Positions 50,239-60,764 of a DNA stretch of 64,000 bases are shown here, in pieces (positions within the stretch are counted from its first letter, which is position 1; the number at the start of each line of letters is the position of its first letter). The notes beneath the pieces were generated by a model that was not told the origin of the DNA, did no database searches, and worked only from the letters and a program-made list of their open reading frames with translations. Position numbers and translations under genes: made by a program. Origin of the DNA: Maricaulis sp. Lineage in GTDB: Bacteria > Pseudomonadota > Alphaproteobacteria > Caulobacterales > Maricaulaceae. Where the stretch lies: contig NZ_JAXMOC010000002.1 in assembly GCF_034670125.1 (NCBI RefSeq), positions 385,768-449,767 of the forward strand, in the 5' to 3' direction.

Positions 50239-51345
50239 TCACTCAGGTCGGGACAGAACCCCGCCCGACACAGGCTGACTGGCTCCGGTGGTGGATGGCA
50301 GGCTCGTGGGCAAACCGGCAACCACACGGGCCGCCAGCCATGCAAAGGCTTCGGCCTCCAGCAAATCGCCGCGCCAACCCACGTTGTCTACCGGCTCGAA
50401 GGGCCGTCCAAGGCAGTCCGCGAGGACTGACATCATCGTCGGGTTATGCCGCCCACCGCCGGTCACCAGGACACGGGATGGCTGTCCCAAAGCCGCAATG
50501 GCATCGGCAACCGTCTGCGCCGTGAACTTCGTCAGAGTCGCGGCACCATCCCGTGCTGACAGGCCGGACACCGGCTCGAGGGAAAAATCCCAGCGATCCA
50601 GGGATTTTGGCGGCGAAAGCGCGAAAAAGGGATGGGCCATCAATGCATCAAGCGCGGCGTCGTCAACGGCGCCGCTGGCCGCGAGCAGCCCGCCCTCGTC
50701 ATAGGGGCGGCCGATCATTTTCTGGCACCAGGCATCAAGCAGTCCGTTTGCAGGACCGGTATCAAATGCGATCGGGTCCGTGTCCGGTCCGAGCCAGGTG
50801 ACATTGGCCACGCCCCCGAGATTGAGAACCGCGACCGGCCTGTCCAGACCGGATTGCCGGGCCAGAGCCTCATGATAGAGCGTCGCCAGCGGGGCGCCCT
50901 GCCCGCCCAGCTCCATGTCCGCCGAACGAAAATCATGGACCACCGGTATCCCGGTCGCACCGGCCAGCGCCCTGCCGTCACCGATTTGCAGGGTCTGGCC
51001 CTTGCGACCGCCGGACGGCGCCCTGTGCAGCACGGTCTGCCCGTGAAAAGCGATAAGATCGATATCGGACGCCGACAATCCGGCGGCGTCGAGAACCCGC
51101 TGGACCGCCAGGCTGTGCCGCACTGTCAGCACGTGCTCGGCCGCGGCGAAATCGGGCGGAGTGCCGACAAACGCCCAAGCCAGCGACCGGTCCACCGCAT
51201 CCTGAAGGACAGCGCGATCATCGTCGGAATAGGGCTGCGTCTCCCCAGGACCGAAGCGGCGGATCTCATTGCCATCGGTCTCCAGCAACGCGGCATCGAT
51301 TCCGTCGAGCGAGGTTCCGCTCATCAAGCCTATGATCCGCTTCAT
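50239..51345 (-). CDS. anmK: Anhydro-N-acetylmuramic acid kinase
   Basis: [64 protein letters not shown]. Confidence 0.95.
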   Translation of the reverse strand: MKRIIGLMSGTSLDGIDAALLETDGNEIRRFGPGETQPYSDDDRAVLQDAVDRSLAWAFVGTPPDFAAAEHVLTVRHSLAVQRVLDAAGLSASDIDLIAFHGQTVLHRAPSGGRKGQTLQIGDGRALAGATGIPVVHDFRSADMELGGQGAPLATLYHEALARQSGLDRPVAVLNLGGVANVTWLGPDTDPIAFDTGPANGLLDAWCQKMIGRPYDEGGLLAASGAVDDAALDALMAHPFFALSPPKSLDRWDFSLEPVSGLSARDGAATLTKFTAQTVADAIAALGQPSRVLVTGGGRHNPTMMSVLADCLGRPFEPVDNVGWRGDLLEAEAFAWLAARVVAGLPTSLPSTTGASQPVSGGVLSRPE

Positions 51346-51408
51346 GCAAGCCCCCTCTTTTCCCGGCGCGCCAGTCGACCTAGAAGCGTCCTATCAGGAG
51401 ACATCTTC

Positions 51409-52656
51409 ATGAGCGATTACAAGTCCCAGCTGGTCCGCGATCTCGTCGAACGCGGTTACCTCAATCAGGCTACCGACATAGAAGGCCTCGACCAGGCCGC
51501 AATGGATGGCGTGGTGACGGGCTATATCGGCTTTGACGCGACGGCGACGAGCCTGCACGTTGGATCGCTGGTTCAGATCATGATGCTGCGCCGGATGCAG
51601 CAGGCCGGTCACAAGCCGATCATCCTGATGGGTGGCGGAACCACCAAGATTGGCGACCCTTCCGGCAAGGACAAGTCGCGCTCCATGCTTACCGACGAGG
51701 CCATCGATGCGAATATCGACGGCATCCTGCAGGCCTTCCGTCCGCTTGTGCAGATCGGCGACGGCCCGACCGATGCCGTACTCGTCAACAATAACGAGTG
51801 GCTGTCAGAGTTTGGCTATATCGAATTCCTACGCAAATTCGGACCGCATTTCACCATCAACCGGATGATGACCTTCGACTCGGTGAAGCTGCGCCTGGAC
51901 CGCGAACAGCCGCTAACCTTCCTCGAGTTCAACTACATGCTTCTGCAAGCGGTCGACTTCCTGGAACTCAACCGGCGCTACGGCTGCACCCTGCAACTGG
52001 GTGGCGGCGACCAGTGGGGCAATATCATCAATGGCGTCGAGCTTTGTCGCCGTGTCGACCAGAAGGAAGTCTATGGCTTCACCACGCCGCTGATCACCAC
52101 CTCGTCGGGCGCAAAAATGGGCAAGACCGCCGAGGGCGCGGTCTGGCTCAATGCCGACATGCGCAGCCCCTACGAGTACTGGCAGTTCTGGCGCAACACG
52201 GAAGATGCCGATGTCGGGCGTTTCATGCGTCTGTTCACCGATCTCCCGCTGGACGAAATCGCACGGCTCGAAGCGCTGGAAGGCGCCGAGATCAATGAAG
52301 CCAAAATCCGCCTTGCCAATGAGGCGACAACCCTGCTGCACGGCGCCCAAGCGGCCAGTGCAGCAGAGGCCACCGCGCGTCAGACCTTCGCTCAGGGCGG
52401 CAGTGGGTCGGCCCTTCCGACGGTCGAATTCGAGAGCCTTGACGGCGGAGAGGTCACGTTGATGAGCTTGTTTGTCGCCGCCGAGCTGGCCGCCTCCAAT
52501 GGCGAGATGCGTCGACATATCAAGGCGGGGGCAGCGAAGGTGAATGATCAGGTCCTGACCGATCCCTTCGCCAAGGCAAGCATCGCAGATGTGGTCAACG
52601 GGACAATCAAGTTGTCGATCGGAAAAAAGCGGCACGCGCTCGCCAAGCCGGTCTGA
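51409..52656 (+). CDS. tyrS: Tyrosine--tRNA ligase
   Basis: [43 protein letters not shown]-terminal S4 domain; start at ATG 51409. Confidence 0.97.
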   Translation: MSDYKSQLVRDLVERGYLNQATDIEGLDQAAMDGVVTGYIGFDATATSLHVGSLVQIMMLRRMQQAGHKPIILMGGGTTKIGDPSGKDKSRSMLTDEAIDANIDGILQAFRPLVQIGDGPTDAVLVNNNEWLSEFGYIEFLRKFGPHFTINRMMTFDSVKLRLDREQPLTFLEFNYMLLQAVDFLELNRRYGCTLQLGGGDQWGNIINGVELCRRVDQKEVYGFTTPLITTSSGAKMGKTAEGAVWLNADMRSPYEYWQFWRNTEDADVGRFMRLFTDLPLDEIARLEALEGAEINEAKIRLANEATTLLHGAQAASAAEATARQTFAQGGSGSALPTVEFESLDGGEVTLMSLFVAAELAASNGEMRRHIKAGAAKVNDQVLTDPFAKASIADVVNGTIKLSIGKKRHALAKPV

Positions 52657-55600
52657 TCAATTGTTGTCAGGCGCGCGCTCGTTGTCATCCGGCACCGGGT
52701 CTGCCGGCCGGGGAGCGACGGGCTCCGCTTCGGGAGGCGCGGACTGGTCGGCTGGCGTCACCGACGGATCGGTGTTGTCCGGCACGTCGCTGGCGCGTTC
52801 CCGGGCCGCGCGCTCTGCAGCTGTCCCTTCAAACATGCGCCGAAACACGCCCGGCGCCAACGCCGACAGCGGATTGGCGAAAACGGTCAGGCTGTCGAAC
52901 GGTCCTTCCACCGAATAGGTGATGCCGATCACCCCTTCGCCCGGGCGGGAGACGAGCACCTCGCCAATCACCGGCAGGCCGCCCAACATCGAATTGATGA
53001 CGTATGAGGGCGCCAGGTTTCCGTCGATGGCGGCACGACTGCCGGCGAAGTCGACGGTACCCGAGGCGGTTACACCCAAAGCGCTGCCCTGGGCACGCCC
53101 GTCACCAATGGTGAGCAGGCCGTCTTCATAGGCGATATCCGCGTCGACTGCGTCAAAGCTGATACCCTCGCCGTTCAACAGGGCGCCCAGTCCCTGGAAG
53201 GAGCCTGCTGCCAGTATCCGCGCCAGAACCGGAACCCGGACAAGGGTCAGGTCCCGGATTTCGACCCGCGCGGTCAGGGGGCCATCCGTACCCAGTGGCG
53301 GCGCGCTTCCGAGGACCGAGACCTGGCCGCCCAGCGCATATCCCTCGATCCCGATCAGGGCGGAGATGCGCTGCAGGGACTGCGCTTCAATGTGAAAATC
53401 TCGCTGCTCGCCGGCTTCGCTGGCGCCGAAAAAGGCCTGGAAGGGCCCGTCGGTCGCATTGCCCGAGACCGACACGGCGCGAATGCCCGCTGTCTCGCTG
53501 TGCCAGATCAGATTGAAATGGTCGAGAACGCTCTGCTCGGACAGGATCAAGCGGCCGATATCGGCCCGCACCGACAATGGCAGCGTGATGCCGCCTTCTC
53601 CGCCCATGGACGTGAGCTGCGGGATGAAGCGGCTGACATCGGCATATTGGCCGGTCAGCTGCACCCTCAACGGATCACCCGGAGCGGCAGACGGCGATAT
53701 TTCGCCCGCCAGGTCAAACAAGCCTTCCACAAACAACCTGTCGATCACGATGTCCTCGAGCGCGCCGGACGCACTCAAGCCGGCTGCGGCCTGTAACCGG
53801 GCGCCGTCGGCGTCCATGCTGATCGAGTTCAGATCGAAGCCCCCGTCCTCGCGCTCCACGAGATTGAGCGCCGCCATGCCTGGCTCGCCTATCTCCTTGG
53901 CCCAGATCTCGCCGGGAATTTCCACCAGCGCGTCGAGCAGATCCGCCTCGATCTGCACCGACCGGAAATCGAGACCGTCAGACACTGCCTCGGCCGCAAT
54001 ACGAATGGATCCATCGAGGAAGCGGCGAGCCGGCATGTTGAAGCGGTCGAGTGTCCGTGCGCTGATGACAGTCTCCAGACCGATGCGGGTGGACGGGGCA
54101 TCATCGGGAAGTCCAAAGCTTTCACGCCAGTCGATCCTTACCGGGGCATCGAACAGGCGCGCCGTCCCCGTTGCCTGCAGCCCGGCCTGGCTGGCCTCCA
54201 ACGCCACATCGCCATCGCTCAGCGCGTATCCGGTTCCCGGGATGTCCAGCGAGGCGTCGTGAAACCGACCACTGATGAAGAAGGGTATGTCCTCCGGCTC
54301 AACCTCGGTCAGCATGGCGCGATGGATCTCGAATTGCATTTCGCCCTGACCGCCGACCAGGGCCGGGTCGAGGCCATAGTCGGACACCAGAAAGAGCGGA
54401 TCCTCGTCAATCAGGGCCAAAAGATCAGACGCGGCTCCACGCGCGACCCCGCCATATCGCGCCATGGCGCCTTTCGGGTTGAGACGCGGCAGATCGACGA
54501 AGGCCTCTGTCAGCTCGATATCGCCGACCCATCCGTGCTCCAGGGTTACTTCAAATGAATTCCCGTGCAGGACAGCAGCGCCGCGCCCGGCTGTCACCGG
54601 CGTCATCGTGGTGATGTACCGAACATGCGCGTCTTCGAAATCGAAGCTCAATTGCATCCGGTCATTGTCGAGCACGCCGGCTTCGATCGCCGAGCCCGGC
54701 AGGTCGAGGAAAAACCGGGCATTGTAGAAACGCCCGCCCAGAATGCCCTCACTGACCCATTCACGACCGCCGTCGGCCAGTTCAACCGGCCAGTAAGCCA
54801 GGACCGTTTCAGGCTGGATGTCACCGGCGATCGGACCTTCCAATTGCAAATTGGGTAGCCAGCTCCCGTCCGGCCGTTGCTCCAGTTGAAGGCCACCGGT
54901 CAGCTCCGCCCTGATGGTATCGATCTCGACGGCCAGTCGGTCCAGCGTCAAAGCAAATTCATCGAGCCGGATTTCCCCGGAGGCCGCCAGCAGACCCCAT
55001 TCCGGAGCGCGCTCGAAAACCGGGCCTACATCGACAAATCCGGGCCCGATCGCAAGATCGAACCGGGCTCGAGTGGGCAACGCCCCGTCATAGTTTCCGA
55101 TCTCGGTAAGCCGTCCTTCGATGGTCGCGGCAAACAGGTCGGATCGCGCCTGCCCGCCATGCAGTGTCATGACCCGCTCCACCGGATCAAAACTGGCGTA
55201 GAGATTGGCCCCGTCAAAGGCGTGGCTTGCCCCGTCAACAAGGATTTGCCCGGCGCCGACGTCCAATTGCAATGAGGCGGTGCGGATACCGTTTTCTCGC
55301 GTCGCATCGACAACGAGGTCAAGCGCGATGGGCGCATCCAGCGCGCGCAACGCTGATGCCGGGCCGGTGTCGGGCAGAATTCCGGCCGGCGACAGATCAC
55401 TGAAGCTCATTTCCAGCAGGAGACTTTCCAGCCCCGTGCCGGCCCGGAGTCTGAGATCAACGGGTGCGAAACCCGACGGTGTCGCCAGTCGACCCTCGAG
55501 TTCCGCCAGAATTCGCGAATCGTCCCGATCAAATGAGACGCCGGCCGAATCAATGAACCAGGCCAGTCCCGCGACATCGTCGACGAGACGGACAGCCGCA

Positions 55601-56160
55601 TTGGAAATCCGGACCCGGCGCAGGCGTTCCAGTTGGGCTGGCGCGTCGGGCGACGCCAGTATCTCGAACAGGGACACGCTGTCATCACCGCCGCGTTCTG
55701 GCAGGCGAGCCGTCGACGCAATTCGCTCGACACCGCCCAAGCCGGCCCCGACGGCTCCGTCTGCCCGCCGCACAATTGAAACCGAGCCGCCGTCAATGGT
55801 CAGCTCTACTGGCTCGATACGTCCGAAGATGAGCGCGTCGGCAGCGAGGCCTGCCTCTATGCGCGGCGCCCGGGTCACGACCTCACCGGACGCTTCGGCG
55901 ACCGTCACATCGGTCGCGACCAGCACAATCGCACGCGATGACGGTTCAAAACGCGCCTGCAAGGATCCAAGCGCGACGACCTCGCCTTCAAATGCCGTCG
56001 CCAGCATCGCCTGCGCATCTTCGCGCAGGAATTCCAGCTCCACCGGCCCGGATGACAGCCGCCAGAGGACAAACCCGATCGCAAAAATGGTCAACGCCAA
56101 CAGCGCCGCGACGGCTTCGAGCAGATAAATCAGGGTCCATTTGGCGGATTTACGCAGCAT
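52657..56160 (-). CDS. AsmA-like/YhdP (DUF3971) envelope protein
   Basis: Single N-terminal TM, long beta-rich body, C-terminal GDGRAQGSALGVTASG..P..G...TYSVEGP AsmA-C pattern. Confidence 0.75.
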   Translation of the reverse strand: MLRKSAKWTLIYLLEAVAALLALTIFAIGFVLWRLSSGPVELEFLREDAQAMLATAFEGEVVALGSLQARFEPSSRAIVLVATDVTVAEASGEVVTRAPRIEAGLAADALIFGRIEPVELTIDGGSVSIVRRADGAVGAGLGGVERIASTARLPERGGDDSVSLFEILASPDAPAQLERLRRVRISNAAVRLVDDVAGLAWFIDSAGVSFDRDDSRILAELEGRLATPSGFAPVDLRLRAGTGLESLLLEMSFSDLSPAGILPDTGPASALRALDAPIALDLVVDATRENGIRTASLQLDVGAGQILVDGASHAFDGANLYASFDPVERVMTLHGGQARSDLFAATIEGRLTEIGNYDGALPTRARFDLAIGPGFVDVGPVFERAPEWGLLAASGEIRLDEFALTLDRLAVEIDTIRAELTGGLQLEQRPDGSWLPNLQLEGPIAGDIQPETVLAYWPVELADGGREWVSEGILGGRFYNARFFLDLPGSAIEAGVLDNDRMQLSFDFEDAHVRYITTMTPVTAGRGAAVLHGNSFEVTLEHGWVGDIELTEAFVDLPRLNPKGAMARYGGVARGAASDLLALIDEDPLFLVSDYGLDPALVGGQGEMQFEIHRAMLTEVEPEDIPFFISGRFHDASLDIPGTGYALSDGDVALEASQAGLQATGTARLFDAPVRIDWRESFGLPDDAPSTRIGLETVISARTLDRFNMPARRFLDGSIRIAAEAVSDGLDFRSVQIEADLLDALVEIPGEIWAKEIGEPGMAALNLVEREDGGFDLNSISMDADGARLQAAAGLSASGALEDIVIDRLFVEGLFDLAGEISPSAAPGDPLRVQLTGQYADVSRFIPQLTSMGGEGGITLPLSVRADIGRLILSEQSVLDHFNLIWHSETAGIRAVSVSGNATDGPFQAFFGASEAGEQRDFHIEAQSLQRISALIGIEGYALGGQVSVLGSAPPLGTDGPLTARVEIRDLTLVRVPVLARILAAGSFQGLGALLNGEGISFDAVDADIAYEDGLLTIGDGRAQGSALGVTASGTVDFAGSRAAIDGNLAPSYVINSMLGGLPVIGEVLVSRPGEGVIGITYSVEGPFDSLTVFANPLSALAPGVFRRMFEGTAAERAARERASDVPDNTDPSVTPADQSAPPEAEPVAPRPADPVPDDNERAPDNN

Positions 56161-56263
56161 TCAGACCCGCCTTCCCGCAGTCCGCGCACTGGACGGAGCG
56201 GCCTGGAGCAGCACATTACTCGGGCCTGACGGCCTTGCAGGCGACACCAGACGGGGAAATGAC

Positions 56264-56734
56264 ATGAGTGAACTCAAAACCGGCGACCTTGCTCCGACTT
56301 TCAAACTGCCCGCCGACGGCGGCGGCATGATCGACCTCGCGGACCTGCGCGGCCAGATCGTCGTCCTTTACATGTACCCGAAAGACGACACTCCCGGCTG
56401 TACCACGCAGGCGCTCGATTTCACTGCAGCCAGTGCAGCTTTCGGCGACGCCGGAGCGGTCATCATCGGCCTGTCGAAGGATAGCGTCAAAAGACACGAC
56501 AATTTCAAGGCCAAACATGGGCTCGAGGTGAGTCTGGTTTCGGACCCAGAGGCATCCGTGATCGAAGCCTATGGCTCCTGGGTGCTGAAGAAACTGTACG
56601 GACGCGAATACATGGGCATCGACCGCTCGACTTTCCTGATCGATCGCGAAGGCCGCCTTGCGAGGATCTGGCACAAGGTAAAAGTAAAGGGCCATGTCGA
56701 CGACGTGCTCGAGGCGGTGCGGGCGCTTGGCTGA
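56264..56734 (+). CDS. bcp: Peroxiredoxin Bcp/PrxQ
   Basis: YMYPKDDTPGCTTQA, RSTFLID, GHVDDVL. Confidence 0.92.
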   Translation: MSELKTGDLAPTFKLPADGGGMIDLADLRGQIVVLYMYPKDDTPGCTTQALDFTAASAAFGDAGAVIIGLSKDSVKRHDNFKAKHGLEVSLVSDPEASVIEAYGSWVLKKLYGREYMGIDRSTFLIDREGRLARIWHKVKVKGHVDDVLEAVRALG

Positions 56735-57542
56735 TTCCACTGACATCACGGATCTCGCGCGAACCGTGCTGGATACGGCTGACCCACACGAAAAAGCGGC
56801 GCGAGCGCACACGGTTGCCCGGCTTTGGCGCGATGGATCCTGCAATGTCCCCGACACAGCCCAGCCGGTGGCAAATCGACCTGCCCGGCCTGACAGCCCA
56901 GAACTTGTTGCCCCGGGCGATGTGCCAAGACGGCGCCTGAACGGGCCCGCCGGGCGGACCGCCCTGTTGCACGCCGTCGCCCACATCGAACTCAACGCTA
57001 TCGATCTTGCCTTTGATCTTGTGGCCCGGTTCGCCACAGACACAGCCATCGCGGACGATCGCCGCCGTAACTTCATCAGCGACTGGATCACGGTCGGCGA
57101 TGACGAGGCCCGGCATTTCAACCTTCTCAGCGACCGGTTGTCCGAACTTGGGGCCGCTTATGGGGACATGCCGGCCCATGATGGTCTCTGGGATGCGGCA
57201 ACGGCCACCCGAGGGTCGCTCCCGGCACGCCTCGCGGTCGCACCAATGGTCCTTGAAGCGCGCGGACTGGACGTGACACCGGGCATGATCGACCGGCTCG
57301 TTTCGGCCGGCGACAAAGCCAGTGCCGATTGCCTGCGTATCATCTACACCGAAGAAGTCGCCCATGTCGCAGCCGGCGTGCGCTGGTTCAGGCATGTCGC
57401 GGAACGCGCCGGCAAAGACCCGGAGAACTGGTTCAAAGCCCTGGTTCGACAGCATTATGGTGGCTCTTTGAAACCACCCTTCAACGTGGAAGCGCGCGCG
57501 TCAGCCGAGCTTTTCCCTGAATTTTACCAAACTCTCACCTGA
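56727..57542 (+). CDS. DUF455 ferritin-like protein
   Basis: LLHAVAHIELNAIDLA, DEARHF, LEARGLD, EEVAHV..GVRWF; probable TTG start overlapping the bcp stop. Confidence 0.85.
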   Translation: MADSTDITDLARTVLDTADPHEKAARAHTVARLWRDGSCNVPDTAQPVANRPARPDSPELVAPGDVPRRRLNGPAGRTALLHAVAHIELNAIDLAFDLVARFATDTAIADDRRRNFISDWITVGDDEARHFNLLSDRLSELGAAYGDMPAHDGLWDAATATRGSLPARLAVAPMVLEARGLDVTPGMIDRLVSAGDKASADCLRIIYTEEVAHVAAGVRWFRHVAERAGKDPENWFKALVRQHYGGSLKPPFNVEARASAELFPEFYQTLT

Positions 57543-57643
57543 TCCGGCGCATCTCTTGCAACGGACTTGTTGATATTCGGGCCGGTTTTGTGTCACATGC
57601 ACGCCTTGGGGCCCGGGGCAAACGGAACAAAGCGGCGTACTGC

Positions 57644-58885
57644 ATGTTCACACGAGTGAAAGAAGCTGTTTGGGGAACGGCTCAACGCTGGTTTCCGGAC
57701 CGGCAAATCTACCATCGGTCCGATGGTCAGGTTCGCTATTTTGCGATCTCCACAACGGTACAGATTTCAGCCCTGCTCGGCGCGACCGTGCTGGCTGGCT
57801 GGCTGTGCTTTTCAACTGTTTCAGTCGCATTCCACGGCCAGGCCATGGCCGCCAAGGAGCATGAAATCGAGCTCGAGCGGGTCGAATCGCACCGCCTGGT
57901 CGCCGAAGCGCGGGCGACGGAAGCGACCGCCATCTCACTGATGGAATCGCGGATGGAGGAATTCGACCGGACCGCCTACGAATTCCAGATGCGCCACGAG
58001 ACACTTCGACAGCTGGTCGAATTTGCCGAACAATTGACCGGGCAGGAAATGGAACCGTCGCCGGCGCTGGCCGATGGTCGCATCCTGATGGCCGCGACGC
58101 CCGCCGACCCCACCCCGCGTGAGGCGCGCGACCCGCTTATCGCGATCGCCGCAACCGCATCGGGCGAGGCCGAGGATCAGATCACCTATCTCATGGGCGA
58201 ACAGGACAGCGTACTCGCGCAAGCAGAAGACGCGACCGAAGCGCGCTTGCAAAACCTGCGCGCTGTCCTCCGCCTGACCGGCCTCGACCTGGAAACCGTC
58301 ATCGCCGATAACCGCGACACAACGGAGACCGGCGGGCCGTTTATACCCATTTCTGAATCGGGAGCCTTCGCCTCGTCGTCGGTCAATCTGGACCAGGCCT
58401 TTTCCAGTCGGATCGCGCGCATTGCCTCGCGCCTGCTGGAAGTTGAAGAGCTGGAAGATTTTGTCGAAGCTGGCCCGCTCGGCGAGCCGGTTGGCGACAC
58501 CTACCGCCAGACCAGTGATTTCGGCGTTCGTATCGACCCGTTCAATGGCCGCCCGACCTCGCACCGGGGAATGGACTTCGCAGCCTACCGTCGTGCACCG
58601 ATCGAAGCGACCGGACCGGGCCGCGTCATTTACGCCGGCTGGCGGGGAGGCTATGGTCGTACCGTGGAGATTGACCATGGCTACGGGTTCGTAACCCGCT
58701 ATGGTCATCTGCACGAAATCGACGTGCGACGTGGTGATACTGTCGAACGCGGCCAGCGTATCGGGGGCATGGGGTCGACAGGACGCAGTACCGCCACACA
58801 CCTGCACTATGAAATCTGGTATAACGGATCGGCAATCGATCCTGAGCGTTTATTGAGAGCTGGCCAATATGTTCAACAAGGGTAA
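57644..58885 (+). CDS. Membrane-anchored coiled-coil M23 endopeptidase (LmdC-like)
   Basis: N-terminal FPDRQIYHRSDG plus TM, coiled coil, HRGMDFA (HxxxD), GYGRTVEIDHG, TRYGHL, HLHYE (HxH). Confidence 0.9.
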   Translation: MFTRVKEAVWGTAQRWFPDRQIYHRSDGQVRYFAISTTVQISALLGATVLAGWLCFSTVSVAFHGQAMAAKEHEIELERVESHRLVAEARATEATAISLMESRMEEFDRTAYEFQMRHETLRQLVEFAEQLTGQEMEPSPALADGRILMAATPADPTPREARDPLIAIAATASGEAEDQITYLMGEQDSVLAQAEDATEARLQNLRAVLRLTGLDLETVIADNRDTTETGGPFIPISESGAFASSSVNLDQAFSSRIARIASRLLEVEELEDFVEAGPLGEPVGDTYRQTSDFGVRIDPFNGRPTSHRGMDFAAYRRAPIEATGPGRVIYAGWRGGYGRTVEIDHGYGFVTRYGHLHEIDVRRGDTVERGQRIGGMGSTGRSTATHLHYEIWYNGSAIDPERLLRAGQYVQQG

Positions 58886-59423
58886 CAAAGACTCTTCGTC
58901 TCCCGAGACCGGTGCGTTCAGCGCCCCCCCGAAAAGGACTGCCATGAAATCGAAAGCCCCCTCCATTCTCTCCGGTGATCTGGTTCTGACCGGCACCATC
59001 GTGTCTGACGGTGAAATCCAGCTGGATGGCACGGTGGATGGCGATGTGCGTGCAGGCTCGCTGATCATTGGCGAAGACGCCACCGTTTCTGGCGAAGTCC
59101 AGGCTGAAACCGTCGTGATCCGCGGCCGCGTGACCGGCAGTGTGCGCGCCCGTCAGGTCCAGCTCGCCGCCACCGCCCGGATTGAAGGGGACATTGTCCA
59201 CGCGGCCCTGTCTGTTGAAAGCGGCGCTTTCTTCGACGGCCATTGCCGGCATTCCTCTGATCCGCTGAAAGACAGCGGTTCCGCCAACAAGCCCGCCGCC
59301 AAGGACAATGGTGTGAAGGCAGAGCCGTCCGCCAAGGCCGACAGCAAGCCGCCGGCACCGTCCAAAGGTCAGGACCCGCTGGGCTCGCTCGAGCCGCCCG
59401 TGGCATCGAAGTCGGGCTTCTAG
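58869..59423 (+). CDS. Bactofilin (polymer-forming cytoskeletal protein)
   Basis: MFNK N-terminal peptide; SILSGDLVLTGTI..EIQLDGTVDGDV..LIIGEDATVSGEV..VIRGRVTG beta-helix; 17-nt overlap with the M23 gene. Confidence 0.92.
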   Translation: MFNKGNKDSSSPETGAFSAPPKRTAMKSKAPSILSGDLVLTGTIVSDGEIQLDGTVDGDVRAGSLIIGEDATVSGEVQAETVVIRGRVTGSVRARQVQLAATARIEGDIVHAALSVESGAFFDGHCRHSSDPLKDSGSANKPAAKDNGVKAEPSAKADSKPPAPSKGQDPLGSLEPPVASKSGF

Positions 59424-59446
59424 GCTCGCGATCATCGCTGTTCAGG

Positions 59447-59479
59447 AAACCGGCGCTCACATCGAGCGCCGGTTTTTTT
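59447..59479. terminator. Bidirectional terminator between bactofilin and prfB
   Basis: aaaccggcgctc-acatc-gagcgccggttt followed by tttt. Confidence 0.88.
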
Positions 59480-59534
59480 GTGCCTCAAAACGGAAGTTGG
59501 TCCGATAATCGAGCCGCCCCGGGGTAGTGGAGGC

Positions 59535-60663
59535 TTAGGCCTCGTCCTCTTCGCCACCGACCCGAGCCGCCAGCGCGGCGGCCATGAAGTCGTCCAGATC
59601 ACCGTCGAGGACTCCGCCCGTGTTGGACGTTTCCACATTGGTCCGCAGGTCCTTGACCATCTGGTAGGGCTGCAGGACGTAGGAGCGGATCTGGTGCCCC
59701 CAGCCGATCTCGCTCTTGCTGTCCGCCTCGGCCTGGGCGGCGGCTTCGCGGCGCTGAAGCTCGATTTCATAGACCCGCGCGCGCAGCATTTCCCAAGCCT
59801 GGGACCGGTTCTTGTGCTGGGACCGGTCATTCTGACACTGCACAACGACGGGCTTTTCCTCGCCCGGCATGTCGTAGGTCAGTCGCACCGCAGAGTCGGT
59901 CTTGTTGATGTGCTGACCGCCTGCCCCTGACGCCCGATAGGTATCGGTCCGTACCTTGGAGACATCGATATCGACATCAATCGCATCATCGATCTGCGGA
60001 TAAACGCCGACCGAGGAGAAGCTGGTGTGACGGCGCGCACTGGAATCAAAGGGTGAAATTCTCACCAGCCGGTGGACGCCGGCCTCGGTCTTCAACCAGC
60101 CATAGGCATTCTCGCCCTTTACCAGGATTGTCGTCGACTTCAGGCCTGCCTCTTCGCCGGCCTGTTCTTCCATGGTGTCGACCTTGTAGCCATGGGCGTT
60201 GGCCCAGCGGGTATACATCCGCGCCAGCATGGCAGCCCAGTCCTGGCTCTCCGTGCCACCGGCACCGGAATGGATTTCAACGAACGCATCATTGCCGTCG
60301 GCCTCACCGGAAAGCAGTGTCTCGAGCTGGGCGCGGCGCATCCGCTCTGCCAGGGCGTTGAGACCGGCCACAGCCTCCTCGACCATCTCCGCATCGTCTT
60401 CCATCTCGGCGAGTTCGATGATCTCGAGACTGTCGGAATACTCCTGTTCGGCCTCGACCACGGTGGTGATCGCCGACTCCAACCGATTGCGCTCACGCAT
60501 CAGGGCCTGGGCCTGCTGTGGCTGGTTCCAGAAATCCGGCGCTTCGGATTTGGCGTTCAGTTCGTCGAGACGTTTTTGGGCGGTATCCCAGTCAAAGACG
60601 CCTCCTCAGCAGGCCAACTGCCTGCTGGATTTCGTCGGACAGGGTCTGGAGGTCTGCGCGCAT
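59535..60663 (-). CDS. prfB: Peptide chain release factor 2, programmed +1 frameshift (join 60663-60595 and 60593-59535; about 375 aa)
   Basis: ATG 60663 [23 protein letters not shown], then CTT TGA C; the +1 frame continues DWDTAQKRL; SPF and GGQ motifs. Confidence 0.96.
60591..60606 (-). promoter_or_regulatory. RF2 frameshift cassette
   Basis: AGGAGG-CGT-CTT-TGA-C: internal SD, slippery Leu codon, UGAC stop. Confidence 0.93.
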
Positions 60664-60764
60664 GGGCAATCAATCCTGCGATTCGTCAAAGGGATCAGTC
60701 ACAAGGAGATAATCAGAGCAATCTGCCGATACAAGCGGTTCCGCACAGGCCGACGGGCCTGGGC

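Noticed and set aside
59535-60663. prfB as a pseudogene (in-frame TGA)
   Set aside because: The stop lies within the canonical programmed frameshift cassette.
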